From Bugula neritina (lineage: Eukaryota > Animalia > Bryozoa): a stretch of 64,000 nt of DNA. This document shows, one piece after another, positions 59,005 through 64,000 of this stretch. The first letter of the stretch is position 1. Each line of letters begins with the position of its first letter. A model generated the notes under the pieces. The model was not told the origin of the DNA and made no database searches. It saw only the letters and a program-made list of their open reading frames with translations. The position numbers were made by a program, and so were the translations under genes. Location of the stretch: positions 3,997,751 to 4,061,750 of the forward strand of contig OZ037773.1 of NCBI GenBank assembly GCA_964035545.1, written 5' to 3'.

Positions 59005-62000
59005 ATGAGTCTAGTGGAGTTTGTAGCAGGATGCTTTGGAGGTAAAATAAGCATACAGTATATACTAAATTATATTAAAATAAGCCTACAGTATATACTA
59101 AATTATCTTAAAATAAGCATTCAGTATATACTAAATTATCTTAAAATAAGCATACAGTATATACTAAATTATATTAAAATAAGCATACAGTATATACTAA
59201 ATTATATTAAAATAAGCATACAGTATATACTAAATTATCTTAAAATAAGCATACAGTATATACTAAATTATATTAAAATAAGCATACAGTATATACTAAA
59301 TTATCTTAAAATAAGCATATACAGTTATATACTAAATTATCTTAAAATAAGCATACAATATATACTAAATTATCTTAAAATAAGCATACAGTATATACTA
59401 AATTATATTAAAATAAGCATTCAGTATATACTAAATTATCTTAAAATAAGCATACAGTTATATACTAAATTACATTAAAATAAGCATACAGTATGTACTA
59501 AATTATCTTAAAATAAGCATACAGTATATACTAAATTATCTTAAAATAAGCATACAGTATATACTAAATTATCTTAAAATAAGCATACAGTATATACTAA
59601 ATTATCTTAAAATAAGCATACAGTATATACTAAATTATTTTAAAATAAGCATACAATATGTACTAAATTATTTTAAAATGAAAGATATAGACAATAATTT
59701 TTTTATACTCATTTACAGCCATTTTTTTTCATTCCTTTGAATATACAGTTTACATAAACTAATTTATTTAAAGAAAAGATAATACAATTTTAATTTTTTA
59801 ATTTACTTTTACACTGTAAATACAATGGCTTCAACAGCTTAGCTGCTTATTAAAAAGAAAGTAGTTGTAGCAGCAATTATTCCATTCTAATACTAATATT
59901 AATAATAATCATTTAAATATTATATATAATTATAAATGTTTATTTATAGTATAATTATGTATGATTTAAAGCAATGCTTTTTATTCTTTATGTAGATTAT
60001 TTTTTAATAAGTTTCATTCTCAAAAATCAAGCCATAGTTTAACTGTGAGAGTCTATTTAGTGATAGTCAATGCAGGAAAATTAACATTTTTAGTTTCAAT
60101 TTCTGCATAAAATTTAGTCTTCCCTAAACAAACAGCTTGGAGTCAGGCAGCGTGCTTGCTGTCAGACAAATCATCATGAAATATTTGTCAATGCACTAAA
60201 CAAATAATATAATTGGCTAAGCAGCCATGGCTCCTAACGGCAACATTATTCTGGATAGTTTTATTTTAGGCATTGCTAACGTAGTGATTGGCCATCCATT
60301 CGACACTGTAAAAGTAAGTGAGTGCACTAAAATAGCGTCTTGCAGTTAAAGTATTACTACAGTGTCTTGTAAGAAAAGCAAGTTTTTAGAATAATTTTAC
60401 CTGTCCCCTTTTAATCTATATGCTTATTTAAAAAATTTTCACATTAACACAACGATAAATTAACGTTTTAAAAGTTTTCCAATTTTTGATTTTTTATTAT
60501 TTTGAGAGAGATGCTTTTTTCCATTTCATATCTGCAAAACAAAGTAAATCAATAATCAATAAATTTAGACTGCATGGTACCTAAAACAGATGCAGCGCAT
60601 GGTATATACAGCTCCTTTAAATGTATTCCATAGACACGATTGCAAAATTCAAGCTATGCTTATAAAGGAACTCTCCAATGTTTCACATCTATTGTGAAAA
60701 AAGAAAGTGTGAAAGGACTATATAAGGGTATGCATCATTTATATATACATTTGTTATGAGTGGGTGTGTATGTGTGTGTGTGCGTATGTGTGTGTGTGTG
60801 TGCGTGCGTATGTGCGTGCGTATGTGTGTGTGTGCATGTGTGCGCACGTGTGTGTGCATGTTATATGTGCGCGTGTGTGTGTGTATGTGTGTGCGTGTGT
60901 GTATGTGTGCATGTATGTGCATGTGTGTACGTGTGTGTGTGCGTGCGTGCGTGCGTACGTGCGTACGTGCGTGCATGCGTATGTGTGTGTGTAACTGTAT
61001 TACTATCACCTGAAGCCTTCTGCGTATTGTAAGCGTTTTAGGAGCTACTTCCCCTCTGTACTCTCTCACAGCTATCAATGCTGTATTATTTGGTGTCCAG
61101 GGAAACATGCTGAAAGTAATGGAAAATCCTGAAACTTCATCTTCTCATTTCATTGCTGGAGCTACAGCTGGTGAGTCTAGTATACAACACCTTGTAGAAA
61201 ATACTACACAATGAGCCAGATATCAGATTTTAGTCACTTTTCAATATATTCTGAAAGCTTGAATATATTATTGTAAATTTTGCATATATCTTCTGATTAT
61301 ACCAATTATTATTGTATGAGCTATGTAATCTTTTTAACTTTAAAAGTTTTAGATCACTAATTATTTTATAGTGAAACATATTTTCAATTTGGGGAAACAA
61401 CTCCCATTGGTGTTTTCAGGGTTTCTGCAATGTGGAATTAGCTGCCCAATGGAGCTTGCTAAGATTAAACTGCAGATTCAAGGAGAAGGCATCAAGTATG
61501 GGACAGTCTATAGCAAGGAGTACAACGGGACTATTAATTGTCTACTGAAAATCTATCAACTGAAAGGGCTGCGAGGACTGTACACAGGTTAGAAATACAG
61601 AATAAAATAAGTTCTACTGCCAGTAGCAAATAACATCCTGCTGAGGGCAACTTATGAACACTTTATACAGACAGAATCTATTTTGCTGAATGATTGTGAA
61701 ATAGTCAACCAAAGAGTTGAAAAGTCAGGAATGCAGCATGGATACAATTTGACTGGTGTCACTTTGCAGTTCAGGAGGGTAATATTGCATGTCATAGTGC
61801 GTTCTGTGATGAACAGCTGTCATTTGTTTTAGGCTTAAAACTTTTAAATAAAACACAGCCAGAGCTATATGTTCGCCCTAGTACTAAAAGTCATTTAGCT
61901 AATCATAGTGTCTCTCAATGAAGTCTGATTGGCTGAACATCAATAAGTTTGCAGTGACTTTGATGCAAGTAAATACAGTGAATCTGTTTTGGAAAAGTAA

Positions 62001-62935
62001 TTTATTTTAAATTCAGTTTATTAGCTTGTGAACTAAACAAAAAGTTCTATGAATAAAGACATTTGCCTAGCTTGGTGCGTGTTTCACTATTCTCACTCAT
62101 AACAAGAGTTTTTACAATAACTCTGTCCAAATACCAACACAAGAATGTTATGCTCCCTCATTCATAACAAGTTTCAGGTCACAAAAAAGTGGCTAACAGC
62201 ACACTTGATAATTTAGTTCTTCTACCAGCTTTTAGACTCAATATGCATTATAATGATCAGTGTTTGTGTTAATGTTGATTATATTCTATAGGGATGGTTT
62301 CAACAATAATGCGAGACTCTCCCGCTCTTGGTGTTTACTTCTTGACGTATGATTGGCTATGTAAGAGATGGAAAAGAAAAGTAAGTCTATCCTCGTACTT
62401 CCTGTGCTGAGTATATAGGTCACATGACTTCCATTTCCTGTGCCAAGTATATAATCGGTCACATGACTCCCACAAATAATTAGGCATTAATTAGTGACAG
62501 TTATGGGTTTGCATTAAACAATAATTGGGTATGCAAATTTTCGTGTTTTAAAAAGCAATTTGTATTTGTTTAGTAGTATTTGTGTGATATGTTGTTCTAA
62601 ATGCACAAAACTAATAACCGCAAAATAAATGTTTCTTTGACTTAGCTAATTTTTGTAATATATTGAAATAGTTTAAAAATAATAATATTTATAGTAAATT
62701 AAATGCACGTCATTTGTTCACGTTTAATTATGCCGCAACAACTGTGCAACATTATACTCTATCCATGTTTGCTTTTTTTACTTGTATGTCTATAAAACCT
62801 TTCAGGACACCAGTCAGTGTTCAACAGGAAGTCAGTTGCTAGCAGGTGGCTTGGCGGGCTGTGCATCATGGTCAGTGAATTATCCCGTAGACGTGGTGAA
62901 GACTAGAATACAAGCAGGGGGAGTTTACAAGGAGG
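59005..62935 (+). CDS. SLC25A29: SLC25A29-like carrier, copy D, 3'-partial (exons 8-9 expected beyond the window)
   Basis: Exons 59005-59041, 60270-60313, 60634-60727, 61042-61170, 61420-61587, 62292-62380 and 62806-62935; signatures [16 protein letters not shown] and PVDVVKTR. Confidence 0.9.
59043..59680. repeat. 33-bp minisatellite (~19 copies)
   Basis: Unit taaaataagcatacagtatatactaaattatct, starting within the donor site of copy D intron 1. Confidence 0.93.
60760..60992. repeat. Degenerate (GT)n/(GTGC)n microsatellite
   Basis: Visible in intron 3 of copy D. Confidence 0.9.
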
Positions 62936-62994
62936 GTGAGAGTTTTATACTCTGTACTAGTTGTAATGTACATAGTTTACTTTGTAGTGTACAG

Positions 62995-63925
62995 CATGTG
63001 TAGTATATAGTGTGTGTAGTATATAGTGTGTGTAGTATATAGTGTGTGTAGTATATAGTGTGTGTAGTGTGTAGTGTATAGTGTGTGTAGTATGTAGTGT
63101 GTGTAGTATATAGTGTGTGTAGTATATAGTGTGTGTAGTATATAGTGTATATAGTATATAGTGTGTGTAGTGTGTAGTGTATATAGTATATAGTGTGTGT
63201 AGTGTGTAGTGTATAGTGTGTGTAGCGTATAGCGTGTGTAGTGTATAGTGTGTGTAGTATATAGTATGTGTAGTATATAGTGTGTGTAGTATATAGTGTG
63301 TGTAGTATATAGTGTGTGTAGTATGTAGTGTGTGTAGTATATAGTGTGTGTAGTATATAGTGTGTGTAGTATATAGTGTATATAGTATATAGTGTGTGTA
63401 GTGTATAGTGTGTGTAGTATATAGTGTATATAGTATATAGTGTGTGTAGTATATAGTGTGTGTAGTATATAGAGTATATAGTATATAGTGTGTGTAGTGT
63501 GTAGTGTATAGTGTGTGTAGTATGTAGTGTGTGTAGTATATAGTGTGTGTAGTATATAGTGTGTGTAGTATATAGTGTATATAGTATATAGTGTGTGTAG
63601 TGTGTAGTGTATATAGTATATAGTGTGTGTAGTGTGTAGTGTATAGTGTGTGTAGCGTATAGCGTGTGTAGTGTATAGTGTGTGTAGTATATAGTGTGTG
63701 TAGTATATAGTGTGTGTAGTATATAGTGTGTGTAGTATATAGTGTGTGTAGTATGTAGTGTGTGTAGTATATAGTGTGTGTAGTATATAGTGTGTGTAGT
63801 ATATAGTGTATATAGTATATAGTGTGTGTAGTGTATAGTGTGTGTAGTGTATAGTGTGTGTAGTATATAGTGTGTGTAGTGTATAGTGTGTGTAGTATAT
63901 AGTGTGTGTAGTATATAGTGTGCAA
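62995..63925. repeat. ~16-bp minisatellite (gtagtatatagtgtgt)
   Basis: Long degenerate array in intron 7 of copy D. Confidence 0.92.
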
Positions 63926-64000
63926 CTGTAATGAGTAGTGCATATAGTGAGTAATGTGAACTGTGTATGGCGGTAGTGTGCAGTGAATTGTATTTAGAGT

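Overview
AT-rich, intron-rich animal (invertebrate-type) genomic DNA; the species cannot be identified from sequence alone. From left to right: (1) the last 8 coding exons of SARAF/TMEM66 (+). (2) A tandem duplication (~3603-8559 / ~8560-16100) of a minus-strand unit in which a 65-aa twin-Cx9C mitochondrial protein (CMC4) lies directly upstream of, and appears splice-linked to, a DUSP3/VHR-like phosphatase. CMC4 is intact in one copy and disrupted in the other. (3) A young 5.4-kb Gypsy-type LTR retroelement (16840-22206) with Gag, a -1 frameshift signal and a long open pol-derived frame. That frame keeps protease and the integrase zinc finger but lacks RT, RNase H and the integrase core. The element also carries an extra sense-strand, intron-containing gene for a double zinc finger plus coiled-coil protein. 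(4) A tandem array of four SLC25A29-like mitochondrial carrier genes (the last cut by the window end) plus an orphan exon. MITEs, tRNA-derived SINEs and mini/microsatellites are scattered through the introns. The two strongest candidates for undescribed biology are the CMC4-DUSP3 bicistronic/overlapping unit and the non-autonomous LTR element with a spliced accessory gene. Exon boundaries were read by eye from GT-AG signals and frame continuity; no database searches were run.
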